From Catajapyx aquilonaris (taxonomy: Eukaryota): a DNA stretch of 38,874 nucleotides. Under the pieces are notes generated by a model. The model searched no databases. It had not been told where the DNA came from and was given only the letters and a program-made list of their open reading frames with translations. How positions within the stretch are numbered: position 1 is the stretch's first letter; each line of letters begins with the position of its first letter. Position numbers and translations under genes: made by a program. Below, piece after piece: positions 12,788 to 24,247 of the stretch. Where the stretch lies: the NCBI GenBank assembly GCA_000934665.2, contig JYFJ02003672.1:1-38874 (forward strand). Direction: 5' to 3'.

Positions 12788-13029
12788 ACTATGGTAGGAT
12801 GGAGTGAGATGGAATTTGCACTCCATTCGTTTGACATGAGTGCTTTTCTTACTGCATTTTAGTTCTAGTACCAAGGAGCATCAACCCAAGACAGGAAATG
12901 CGACACAATATTATGTACCCTAGGACATTACGGTGGTTGTGATTGCGGTAAAACAAGTGTCTAGAAAAGAAAAAGGAGTTAACATAATTTAAGCATTTTA
13001 CAGTTGGGCAACTTACCTTTAATCACCTT

Positions 13030-13155
13030 GGGATGGATTCATCAAATGTCGTATGTTTCGTCGTAACCGGTCGTAACCATAGTTAATTATTAGTAACTAT
13101 GGTTACCACTGGTTGCGATGAAAATTTGACTTACGACATTTGATGAATCCACCCC
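13030..13155. mobile_element. Palindromic MITE
   Basis: GGATTCATCAAATGTCGTA ... TACGACATTTGATGAATCC; absent from the paralogous flank near 18325. Confidence 0.75.
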
Positions 13156-15114
13156 CTGACAGGTAAATGTGATGGTGCATGTTATTATTTCAAAACAAAC
13201 TTTATATTTGCACTTTCTCATTCAGTAATGGGCACATTAAAACTGCATCTAGTCAAGGACATTTTAATCACTCCAATGATTATGTGGTTTTTAAGTCACT
13301 AAACCACCATAATCACTTTTATGGAAATTTAAGTGCCTACAGAAAGCAATAAGGATAATAATAATGAAGGATGAGCATGGAATATGCTGTAACTTTATTG
13401 TGTGTGTTGTCATAGTTGACTCCATCTCTTGCACATGTAACTCATCTGATGCTAAAATGATGCTGAGACTTATAGATTGTAGAGTAATCTCAGTGCTTCC
13501 AATTTACTTTTTAATTTTTTTTAAAACTTCCTATAATCTAATAAGTTTGTATCAACAAAGTAGTTTTGTGTCGTTTGAGCTCATATCTATAGCTGTTGTT
13601 AGCCCCGCAGTTTGACCGTCATACCCTTTGCAGGCTCGCTATCGTTATTTTTTTAAATGTCATGCTCTTAAAAGACCTAGCTCCATGGTTGTAAGCAATC
13701 AATAAATTTTGCAGCAACGATATGGGGGGAAAAAAATCTATTTAATTTTTCTACCCGACATCTTCAGTAACCAACACTAAATAGTCTGATAGTTAAAAGT
13801 CAGATGGACAAATTGAAGCAAATAAGTGCTAAATGGCTTAGGATACAGTACTTGACCAATAACCGATTTTAATGAATAATATAATAATATAATAATAAAT
13901 GACATGGCCGTTTTTTCTAAATATTTCCAGTTATTAAAACATTCAAACTTGATATTTTTGCAGCACCTTGACTCATTATTTCTAGTTAGAATAATCCACT
14001 GTTCTTAATTGAAAGTAACAGTTACTGATAACCTAGCTATTTCGAATAAACAGCTACGTTATCCATCTGAAGGTCGGCGTCGGTCTTTTTTCCTTCTGCA
14101 TGTTCCATTCTCAACAATGCCATTGTTCGCCTCTGGTACTCTGGTCGTCGTTTAAACTGTCCTGTCCTGCCCTGTCTCACCACAGCAACTCCTGAGAGTG
14201 ACATACCGGGTACCGGAAGCTGCACTACATGTCGGAGTGTACGTAGCATAGGTACTGAGCAACAGGTGTGCCGCCATTTATAAGGTGTTTATTGGGCTTA
14301 CCAACCATTAAGTTAACTCAATAAAATGTGGACCAGGAGGACATGCCCTACCACATTATGTCTCAGATTTGCACATACTGATGGATTTATCTGAAAAATT
14401 GAAAGTTGTTTTTTCCTTTTAAAGGTTTTTCTGCAGATGAAATGTGTGAAGAAGAAAATATCTCGCCAAAGAAGTCGCATATATGGTTTTTAAAAGTCAT
14501 CCACTTGAAGGCATTTGATTGACGTTTAATCCTAAAAAAAAGTTCCAGGAATGTCATTAAACCTTCATTTTTGTATCTACATGCCTCAATAAGGGGGCAT
14601 GTGAATGACTCGTAAGCCAGTAATAATTAAAATTTGATGTGATGATCTAGCACACATGAGCAAATCATGCCATGGCATTCTTAAACATCATTAGCATGTC
14701 CACTTTGTCGTTCATGTGTAGAAGATGCTGTTCGCATGACTACAGGAAAATACAAACATTTAATCTCTTCTTAAGATGCCTCTTTGTAATTTAGTGACAC
14801 TTGAAGTAATTATAAGTACTTCTTTGTTTCAATTTTTGGAACAAGCCTATAGTTTTGAATGGGTGATGCTCCGAATTTTTCTGTATGATTGTGTAGAATT
14901 ACAATAATACATCAACAATTCTTGCCACAACGCATCACAAAGAACAGGGGAAATGTCGATAGCTTGTTTGGACTCAGGTGTTACAACAGTATGTTAATAT
15001 TTTCATTTTTTGGGAATTTCAAATTTTTTCCACTTGTAAAGAAATTTTTAAGGGGTTGGTAATATGAAATGTCAACGTGGATAGTTGCAGAGCAGGGCCT
15101 ACTTGTCCAGTGTA

Positions 15115-15523
15115 GGGCGACACGGTGGCGGAGTGGATAATTCCGGGATGGCTTCCGTATAATAGGCCACAGCCGCTTCCTTCCTTCCCTATCCTTGGAG
15201 GTTGAAAGGCAATGCTGGGCCAACCTCCTTAAATATATCAATTATAAAGGTAATTATAAAGGTGGCGGAGTGGTTAGCGCCGCAGCCTTCCACCTCTAGG
15301 ATCCTGAGTTCGATCCCCGGGTCGGACGGAGGATTCTTATGTGGATAGAGTTTTGATGGGTTCTCTCTGTGTTCGGGTGGGTTTTCTCGGGGTTCTCCCG
15401 TTTCCTCCCGCTATCAAAATCCATCACAGCGCAGGCAATGATTAAAGTCGGTTAAATAAAAATTGATCCCCTAAGAGGCCCAAGGAGGCCTAGCACGGGG
15501 TATCCATTATTATATCATTATTA
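15115..15523 (+). mobile_element. tRNA-derived SINE with an insertion inside its head
   Basis: A box GGTGGCGGAGTGG, B box GAGTTCGATCCCC and (ATT)n tail. TSD TACTTGTCCAGTGTA at 15100-15114 and 15524-15538. Same family as 37529-37784. Confidence 0.85.
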
Positions 15524-15617
15524 TACTTGTCCAGTGTACAGTACATGATAGTGGTATGCTCATATGCATAAGGCATTAAATTTCTGAACAATAAATTTCA
15601 GCTGCAAGTAGCTGGAG

Positions 15618-17512
15618 ATGGCTCCTCACACAAGGTCTGCAGCATCAAGGAGCACAAATGAAGAGGGGGAAACAACAGGCAGGTCTCAGGATGTGAAGAG
15701 CAGGAAGAGGGACACTGTGGTAAGTGCAAAGGAAATTTTATATACAGTAAAACCTTGATACAAAGCTCTTCAGGGGACTGCCCAAAAGTAGAGTTATATG
15801 CGGGAAAATTGACCTTATGGAATGATGAAGGGAACGGAAAAAGGGGGCGTTGTATGCGGGAGGGTCATATCGAGGTTTCACGGTAGATATTTCATGCTGA
15901 AGGATTTGTCAAAACACTGAATTTTAAGTGACCAGTGCTTTAAATATGCATGAATTGGGGAGGTGTGGTGGCCGTGATGGTAACGTCGCGGCTTGCTGAG
16001 TGAAAGGCCCCAGGTTCGATCCCCGCCTGGGGAACTTTCCTTTCACCTGCGTCGGGAGGGTCTCTGACCTGCACCAAGGAGGTGTCTGGCAACCTAACCT
16101 CCTGGGGGACTGCACATGGCCCAAAAGCCATATAGGACAATGCACCTGCACAAGTGTCCCCTCCCCAACAATTCCCTTCCCTACCCTATATCCTAGTTTT
16201 CCTTGCACGGAGATTGAAGATAAATAGAAAACCGTATGGTGGTCTACCACCCCCCAAAACGAGCCGCAGGCTCGAGCACGGGGTATCAATTAAAAAAAAA
16301 AAAAAAAATGCATGAATTTGTTCATTTGATTGGGAATGGGCCAAAGCAACTAATGCCATCAGGATAACACAGGTGGAGGTAGACCCGAAACGAAAAAAGA
16401 TAGGAAACACTAGTATTTTTACTGGTCTTGTAGTTGCATAATGCATAAGTCACCTTTTAAGTGTGCGAATGGACCATCAAATTTGTTTTAAATTAATAGG
16501 ATCAGCTACATTTAGGGGAAAATGGGACAGCGTGGTGTACCGGACCATTAAAAATTGTTGGCAGATTATGGCTAGGTCAATGATTTTTCTGTGCGACATT
16601 GGCATGCTTGGATTCAAGTAGTGGTTTTGACCAGTCACTGCGCATGGCATAAGAATGTTAAAAACGTTTCCATTAAGCCAGTTTCTAGATCAACCTGTTT
16701 TTAATCCGTAGAGAGCCGCCACAGGAAACAAGACATTGGTCAATAAAAGTACCTTAAGAAAGTGGGCTGCTGCTGTGATTGAGGGAGACAAGGAGGAGCA
16801 GGGAACATCCAGCACTGATGCCAGTGAGGAAGAGTCAACCAAGAAAGAGGCTACTGCCACCAAGGAGGCAACTACAGGGAAGGAAGTCCCTGCTGCTAAG
16901 AAATTCAGCAAAGTGTACCAGCTTAAGATATGCTTTACGTACAGCAACCTTCTGATGTGGCTGCGCATACAGGTGCCAGAGGATTACACATTCAGATCAC
17001 TCCATCAGGCAATTAATTGTATGATGGGATGGGATGACCAACACAAGCGCAAATTTGTCTTTAAGGATGGGACCATAATTGGTCCCTACAATCTCATGGA
17101 CAAGGCTGCTGAAACTGATGCCATTATTTCTGATTACTTCGCTAATGGGGAGAGTGTTGCAATGAATGAGTATGACCCTGGTTTGTCGTGGCAGCATAAG
17201 GTCGTGTTTGAGAAAGCTGTTGAGGCTGACCAGAAGCTGATGTATCCCATGTGCCTTGGTGGTGCAAAGCATTACCCGAATGAAGATGTTCGAGGCATCC
17301 GTGGTTTCATGCGACTTCTGGAGGTGCTGAGGGCACCTCCAGATTCTCGAGGCATAGAGGCGGATGAAATCGCGGAATGGTTCAAAGATCAGAAGCATTT
17401 GGTGAGGCTGCAGAGTTCTGCTACGTTGAATACATGTATGTCTTTGTCAAGAGAGATTGCACTGCAGTGCTTAATTTTTGGGAGTTTCAGGTCCCAACCA
17501 AATGTGCATTGA
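15618..17512 (+). CDS. Copy C: divergent paralogue; coding exons 15618-15719 and 16712-17512; ~300 aa; possibly decaying
   Basis: MAPHTRSAAS...KSRKRDTV|GTAAGT joins in phase 0 at CCGTAG|16712. The K/T/A segment runs directly into KVYQLKI with no intron. Core motifs are altered (LMWLRIQVP, YDPGLSWQH, KHYPNEDVRG). Confidence 0.7.
15745..15883. mobile_element. Tc1/pogo(Tigger)-like MITE
   Basis: TA-CAGTAAAACCTTGATA ... TATCGAGGTTTCACGG-TA. Confidence 0.6.
15957..16307 (+). mobile_element. tRNA-derived SINE
   Basis: GGGGAGGTGTGGTGGCCGTGATGG A box, GGTTCGATCCCC B box and poly(A) tail; TSD ATGCATGAATT at 15946-15956 and 16308-16318. Confidence 0.9.
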
Positions 17513-17807
17513 AAAGAGTGCAATAACATTTGTTCAAACTGCAAAGAATTTTTTTGTCCCCTAAGTTAAAGTGCTATGGATTACTCATTACTGCAGTATT
17601 TTTCTGAACTTTTTTAAACTATTATTTTGTATTTATTCAGAGAGGAATATTGGTTTGTTATTAGGTTAAATGTTCATGCTGTTACATTGCTGCAGTGTAT
17701 CCGGTGTTTACTCTCACTCTTACTGTCAAGTGAGTGTAAATTACCACATGTGTGGGCTGCCCATTGAACTGAATTTAAAATGTACCTGATGTTGAATGAA
17801 AGGTAAC

Positions 17808-17813
17808 AATAAA
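17808..17813 (+). promoter_or_regulatory. Polyadenylation signal, copy C
   Basis: CAATAAAGAAGTG context conserved downstream of copies C, D, E and F. Confidence 0.65.
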
Positions 17814-18482
17814 GAAGTGATTTTACTTGTTACATGCCATCATTGTAATTGAAATGGGCAGAGGCAGGGGGAGATGATCGTTGCAGGTCGAGGTGGGAAA
17901 CTATAACTTGTATCGTTTTAGTACGTTACTCTGGGTGGTTTCTCTCAAGAATCCCACCCTTGACAAACCCAGAGAGACCCTGACTCCCCAAAAGATGGTA
18001 AAAACAATTTTGTGTTGGGATCTTATCCAGGACCTTTATGTCTATGGGCACAAACGTGACTACAGTAGTACCATGCTGTCTGCCCAAAAACTGATAGACG
18101 TACCCAAGGACTGAACTCATGCAATTGTGGTTCGGAAGGATGAAATGTGATGGAATTTGCACTAAATTTGTTTGGCTTGAGTGCACTTCATAAGAGGGAA
18201 AATGCAGTGACATAATCATGTAGGCAGCAGGGCATTAGTTGTGTTAGCAGTAAAGCAAGTGCCTGATAGAGTAAGTAGGAATTAACATGATTTAAGCATT
18301 TTACAGCAGCAGCACTCGGTAATCACCTTTAAATGAGAGATAGTGTGATATTGGATTTTTTTCTTCAAAACTTTGAGATATTTGAATTTTCTCCTCCAGT
18401 AATTTGAATATTAAAACTGCGTCAAGGACATTACTCCGTTACTAACATGACAGTCCCTTTTGTGGAAATTAAGTGCCTACAT

Positions 18483-18725
18483 CAGTGCTTCCCAAATTGT
18501 GGGCCGCAACCCCATTTGGGGTAGCGAAAATAATATTTGGGGTTGCAAATTATTTTTACAAAATGATGCTATCTTTCTTGCAAATCATGACCATAAGGTA
18601 AGGTCATTTCACTGTTTACCTGTCTTTTCATGTCGGCAGCGGATTGAAATGTGCACATGTAGGGGGATGCAAATTTTACGAGACAATTTTTTGGCGTCGC
18701 CAACAAGAGAAATTGGGAAGCACTG
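18483..18725. mobile_element. hAT-like MITE
   Basis: TIR CAGTGCTTCCCAA / TTGGGAAGCACTG; near 8-bp TSD GCCTACAT/ACCTACAG; empty paralogous site AAGTGCCTACAGAAAGCAAT at ~13331. Confidence 0.8.
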
Positions 18726-18804
18726 ACCTACAGTAAGCAATGGTAATAATTAAGGATAAGCCTGGAATATTCTGTAACTGTCTGTGTTGTTGTTGTTGGC
18801 TTTT

Positions 18805-18920
18805 GACTGGGTGAAATTTTTGTCCCACTGCTAGTTGCTGCTAAATTAACAGTACTATTGCCAACACTGATACTGCTAAGTTAGCAGTAACTAGCAGTGG
18901 GATAAAAATTCCACCCTGTC
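18805..18920. mobile_element. Palindromic MITE
   Basis: GGGTGAAATTTTTGTCCCACTGCTAGTT ... AACTAGCAGTGGGATAAAAATTCCACCC. Confidence 0.7.
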
Positions 18921-20467
18921 TCTTCCACGTGTAACTAATTCAGTGCTAAAATGATGCAGAGACTATGATTGTCAGACATTCCAAAAGTCAGGTAAGGTTC
19001 TATACTCTTTCAAATCCCAAATAAAAAGTATGACAAATTATAGTTGCAATAACATGAACTTCAGTAGGTTTTCATACTGTATTTCTATAATATTTCTATC
19101 ATTAAAGGTACTGTCTTACGTTAGTAAAATGCTGTTGGAATTACCAAGTAATATGTAGTTATGGGGTAATTCCAACATTTAAAAAAAAAATCAGGCCTTA
19201 ATTGATCGGTAACAAATGCTGTTCATTCTGTAAAAGGCCAATTGGCTTCCATACAATAGCGCTACAAGAAAACTGTGTATGAGTAGAAAACCTAATTTAA
19301 CCTTTCAGACCGGCCTCGTGTTCTCAGTGATCTCATGATTATTTTTTTGTTAATTTGTCATTAAAACAGTGTTGTTGTATAGGCTAACTATTTTGCGATT
19401 ACATTTTGTTTTATCCTTATAGGCCTTCGTTTTAATTAACAGCCTTTGTTTACCCCAAGGAGCTACATTTTAAAATTAGATGTTAAAATTACTAGCCTGT
19501 TTTACGTCTTCATTTTTATTCACTATATTTCATACTCCAATAAAAATGCAATGCTTGTACATCACATTACTTTTTTATCATTTTACTGGTTACTGTTACT
19601 GAAGGATATTTTGACTGATAATGTTGGCCCAGAAAATGTATTCTTTATACAGTGTTTAAAAATCCATCAGCACAATTACAAAATAATGTGATTGTACAGT
19701 ACATTTTTTTTACATCACTTGTTGAAAACAAAAATTGAAAACTGCAATTTTTCCCCCCTTTTCAACACAACAAATAGATGAGAGCATAGCTCCTCATTAT
19801 AGTGATGCAATTTTTAGATTCCATATTGATTGTGCACTGAGTACAGTACAGTACTACGTAACTGACAAAAACTTTTCATAATATAATTATTATGGTGTTG
19901 GAATTTACCCTATTGGCAGACATGTACAATTAAGCAGCATTTTGAGCAACCCACCGAATATTCCGATATTAAAAACGTCCAATGGACAAAATATGGTTTT
20001 TTTTGAATCTCGCCGCCTAGCTATCCAGCTGTATATAGTAACTGTTACTAGTAATAACCGCGATTGTGAAGCAACAGCTACGTTGACCACCGGGCGGGCT
20101 CCAGCCTCCGAGCACGTTCGATTTCTGTTCCGTTCCTTCCCGTTTCGAATTTCTCGCCCGTCCCGTCCCACCAGAGCAGCTCCCGAGGGCCATACCGGGT
20201 ACCGGCTGGTGCCTGACACACCGGAGTACCAGGTGGGTAAAGAGACGGGGACAGGGCTGGGAGGGAAAGAGCAGACTAGGCCTGGTGCACGCTTCGGTTC
20301 GTTGGAGAAATAATAATAATAATAACTGAAGTACTTAATGCATTGCATTGTTAGCATGAAACGGCATAAAATGAAGTGTTGTAGAGCAGAGCATACCTGT
20401 ACATGATTGTGGTATGCGTAGGCACTAAATTTATGAACAATTATTTCAGGCGCAAGTAGCGGACGAT

Positions 20468-23400
20468 ATGGCTCCTCGCAAAAGGGCAGCTGCCTCAGCG
20501 ACCGCAGAGGAAGATGGGGAGGCAGGAGAGTCCCAGGCTGCAAAGCGGAGGAAGAAGGACACGGTGGTAAGAGAGCAGAGGAAATTTCATACAAATAAAC
20601 ACCATGAGCGTTAAGTTACAATAACGGTGCGTTTACATGTGAGCGATTTAATTGCCGAGCGATAGCATCGCTGAGTAGCCAATATTGTTTGAGGTGAAAG
20701 TTAACAATCTATTTTCGCCTCAAACAATACTGGTTACTCGGCGATGACATTGCGCGATCAAATCGCTCACATGTAAACACACCTTAACTTTATAATTTGC
20801 ATATGTTTACTTGCTTGTGCAGAAGCCAAAGCAATTAGGGCTCTCTGACTGAGTATTAAGGTGCATTTACATGTGGGCGACTTGATGAGCGATGTCATTG
20901 CTTAGTTACCCCAAGTTACCAGTAGGTTGGAGGCAAAAATCGATTGTTACGTTCACCTCAAACAGTATTGGTTAGTCAAATCGCTAACATGTAAACACAC
21001 CTTTAGAACAGTGGGCTGCCAGCTTTAAATTTTTTTTGTAAACTATAAAATGATCTGGCGAAATGAGGAGCAAGAGCACAGTACATAAAAAAGAAAGAAA
21101 AAAAAATCCTGCACACTGCTTAGTTCTTAACCCAGAAAGCATACACATGCACTCTTTGCATGGGAGGTGACCGGCTAACTGGCTCATTAGGTGGGCCGCG
21201 AGGTATTTTCCCTATCTGATGTGGGCTGCGACCAAAAAAAGTTTGGGAACCACTGATTTAGAAAATACTATACAGATGGAGATAGAAATGAAGAGAAAAA
21301 ATAGAATGGTATTTCTTTTTGTCTCTTGCTTAAGCATAATGCATGCCAACACAACTGACTGCAAGTCAATTCGCTGCCATGTCATTTAGTTGTGCTCAAA
21401 TTGGCTGCAGTCAGAGTTGCTGGATCAAATAGCTATTGACATAAGGTTTTTGCAGAATGTAAATCAGAGTACATAAATGCAACTTGGCTTTTATGAACAG
21501 GTACGTCATATTTAATTAACCCAAGATTTAACCCCTTTGCTACCAGCTAGGCCAAAAACACCTACACTTTAGCTTACGCCTACTGTGAAGATAAAGATGA
21601 GATATTTTACAAATAATAACAGCTACCCATTCATGGAAAACACTGTGAATGTGTTGTGAACAATAATTTTACTCCTCAGAAGTCCCTAAATTAATTTCCA
21701 AAAAGACCGCCTTAGAAACTCGAAATTAGAGCACTGCCGGTCAACTGTTAGGCTGATGTAATTATGAAATACACTACAATATATGGAACAACAACCTTGA
21801 GAACCGTGCCAGACGAATTGGCTGAAATCATCGTACTTTGCGAGAACTAAATTAATACTTATTTGCGGATTTCAGGCACTTCGGAAAATAGCAAATAAAT
21901 TGGGGAGTTTTTCGAAGTGCCAGAAAGCCGCAAATAAGTATTAATTTATTTCTCACAAAGTACGACGAGTTCAGAAAATTCATCTGGCATGGTTCTCAAG
22001 GTTGTTATTTTGCATATTATTATGCATTTTATAATTAAATCAGCCTAACAGTTAGTCGACATTACTCGGATTTCGAGTTTTTAGACACTTTTTTTGGTAC
22101 GGGAAGGCGAAGTGGCGCTGCGGTAACGTATGCGCCCATGGATGGAAGGGTCCTGGGTTCGATACCAAGCCCGGGCATCCCCCGCTTTCATCTTGTGCGG
22201 AGTTCGGGGTCATCTCCGGCTTCGTCTAGGGTGAGATTTCCGATAGACGAACCACCCGGGGGAGCTCACAAAATGGCCATAGTGCCGACATTGCACATCC
22301 CCTCCCAGTCACCCTGCCCTTGTACCAGGGCTCTTCATTGTCCTAATTAACGTACACCTTGGCAAATAAAGGTCATTGTCAAAACCTCAGCTGAGGTACG
22401 GCACTATGCCCAATTATTATTATTATTATTATTATTACACTTTTTGGGGGAATACACAATCTACTTGGTTCGGGCCTATCTGGTAGCGAAGGGGGTTAAA
22501 AACTGTTAGTAGATGTTATCTAGGTTAATGTATTCTCTCAGTGTGTCAATGCTTGAATCAAGACTTAATTTTGGTCAGTTGCTGTGCAGTGGAAGGGTAC
22601 CCTATATAAGGTGGGAAGTCAATGAAAAGACTCCCATTTCAAGGATTTGCCAAGTTCACCTACCATCTGAGTTTGTGCATGTACGATTCTCCTTCTGCAG
22701 TGCAGATGCATCGAGATCAAGTACCAAGTCATTTTTGATGTATCATCTCATCTTCACATTCTGGTTCAGTTATCTGGACAGACATGACGTCTAGAGAGTG
22801 TTAAAACATTGCCATTAAGCCAGTTTCTACATACATGAACCCTTTTTTCTTACCCTAGATGGCCACCAAAGCCAGCAACACTACAGTGGCCAAGAAAACT
22901 ACCTTGAGAAAGAGGGCTGCTGCTGCTACGACTGAGGGAGACAAGAAGGAAGAGCAGGGAACCTCCAGCAAGAAAGCTGCTATCACTGAGAAAAAGACAA
23001 GCAAGAAAGGTGCTACTACCACCAAGAAGGCAACCACCGCCACCAAGAAGACAGCAACTCCCAAGAAGGCAACTACTCCGAAGAAGACAACCACTGCTAA
23101 GAAGGCGACTTCTCCCAAGAAGACAGCAACTGCTAAGAAGGTGACTTCTCCCAAGAAAACAACCACTGCTAAGAAGGCGACTTCTCCCAAGAAGACAGCA
23201 ACTGCTAAGAAGGCGACTTCTCCCAAGAAGACAACCACTGCTAAGAAGGCTACTTCTCCCAAGAAGACAACCACTGCTACGAAGGCCACTGCAGGCAAGA
23301 AAGCCCCTCCTGCCAAGAAGCCAAAGAAGGCCAAGAAACCTCCAAAGCCAAAGGTAAAATCTGTGCGTCAGTGTGGCAATTGAAAATGCACCAGAAAGTG

Positions 23401-24247
23401 TTTGGTGGCAGACAAGTCCAAAATAGTAATTTCTCCCCTCACCTGAGAGGTGCTTCTCGTAATCATTTACAAATTGCTGCTGGTTCATACGTCAAATTGA
23501 AAAGCATGCTTATTGACAAAGCAGGGCCATTTACAAGTTATGAATGGGAAAGTATTAACTGACTTCTCTTCATGCAGTTGTGACTTGAAATAAGTAGATT
23601 GGTGTTGTAACAGATCTGCTGACCTTGATTTACTTCTGCTCCCCCAGAAAGTCTGGATGTGGGTCAAGACCGAAGACTTCAGAAAAGTCTACCAGTTTAA
23701 GATAACCCTGATGGACACCAAACCTGTGATCTGGCGCCGCATACAGGTGCCGGAGGATTACAGCTTCAAGTCGCTCCATATAGCCATTCAGCAGGCAATG
23801 GGATGGCGTGGCAATCACTCGTACCACTTTGTCTTTCAAGATCGGACCACAATTGGTCCCTCCTACCTCATGGATGACAAGCAGATTCGTGACACTGATG
23901 CCATGATTTCTGGGCACTTCTCTGACAAGAAGAAAGTATCCATATATGAATATGACTTTGGTGACTCATGGCAGCACCAGGTCTTGTTCGAGAAAGCTAT
24001 TAAGGCTAACCGGAAGCACCTGTATCCCAAGTGCCTTGATGGTGCAAGGGCTTGTCCTCCTGAGGATGTCGGGGGCATCGATGGTTACGAGCGGCTTCTG
24101 GAGGCGATCAAGACACCTCCAGATTCTCGTGACCAAGACATGGAGGATCTGATAGAATGGCTCGAAGATCTGGAGCCAGGGTATGATCCAGATTTCTTTG
24201 ATGCTGAGTACATCGGCTTTGAAGACGTCAGGGCTGGAGGTCTCTAG
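20468..24247 (+). CDS. Copy D: NLS exon + H1-like S/TPKK-repeat exon + pRiA4b ORF-3-like domain; coding exons 20468-20566, 22859-23353, 23648-24247; ~397 aa
   Basis: All junctions are phase-0 GT-AG (GTG|GTAAGA 20567, CCCTAG|22859, AAG|GTAAAA 23354, CCCCCAG|23648). The first coding exon reads MAPRKRAAASATAEEDGEAGESQAAKRRKKDTV. Domain motifs intact; 5' non-coding exon donor at 20233. Confidence 0.88.
20625..20784. mobile_element. PIF/Harbinger (Tourist)-like MITE
   Basis: TIR GGTGCGTTTACATGTGAGCGATTT / AAATCGCTCACATGTAAACACACC flanked by TAA. Confidence 0.8.
20859..21002. mobile_element. Second copy of the same Tourist-like MITE
   Basis: AGGTGCATTTACATGTG ... ACATGTAAACACACCT flanked by TTA. 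Confidence 0.75.
21009..21255. mobile_element. hAT-like MITE
   Basis: CAGTGG...CCACTG ends; 8-bp TSD CTTTAGAA/ATTTAGAA. Confidence 0.65.
21532..22495. mobile_element. piggyBac-like non-autonomous element with an internal ~180-bp-arm inverted repeat (~21710-22085)
   Basis: TTAA-CCCCTTTGCTACCAGCTAGGCC ... GGCCTATCTGGTAGCGAAGGGGG-TTAA. Confidence 0.82.
22101..22436 (+). mobile_element. tRNA-derived SINE nested in the piggyBac-like element
   Basis: GTGGCGCTGCGG A box, GGGTTCGATACC B box and (ATT)n tail; flanking ACACTTTTT..GG duplication. Confidence 0.82.
23020..23285 (+). repeat. Coding tandem repeat, 36-nt unit (KKATSPKKTTTA)
   Basis: Repeated ACTGCTAAGAAGGCGACTTCTCCCAAGAAGACA; built from a 6-aa KKxTxx subunit. 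Confidence 0.92.

Noticed and set aside
15957..16035. Functional tRNA genes (also ~22101, ~35580-35652, ~37715-37784)
   Set aside because: The tRNA-like heads continue into SINE bodies with simple-repeat tails and TSDs.
19905..20594. 229-aa minus-strand ORF
   Set aside because: Overlaps the copy D promoter and first exons in antisense, is not preserved as an ORF in paralogous units and has no recognisable domain.
22859..23383. Stand-alone histone H1 or bacterial Hc2-like gene
   Set aside because: No H1 globular domain; the ORF is bounded by a conserved acceptor and donor, so it is an internal exon.
22850..23488. Hydrophobic minus-strand ORFs (FLAVVVFLGEV...), also at 25855-26130, 31923-32267, 37131-37400 and 16690-16968
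   Set aside because: Antisense shadows of the Lys/Thr/Ala repeats; splice signals and paralogue conservation support the plus strand.
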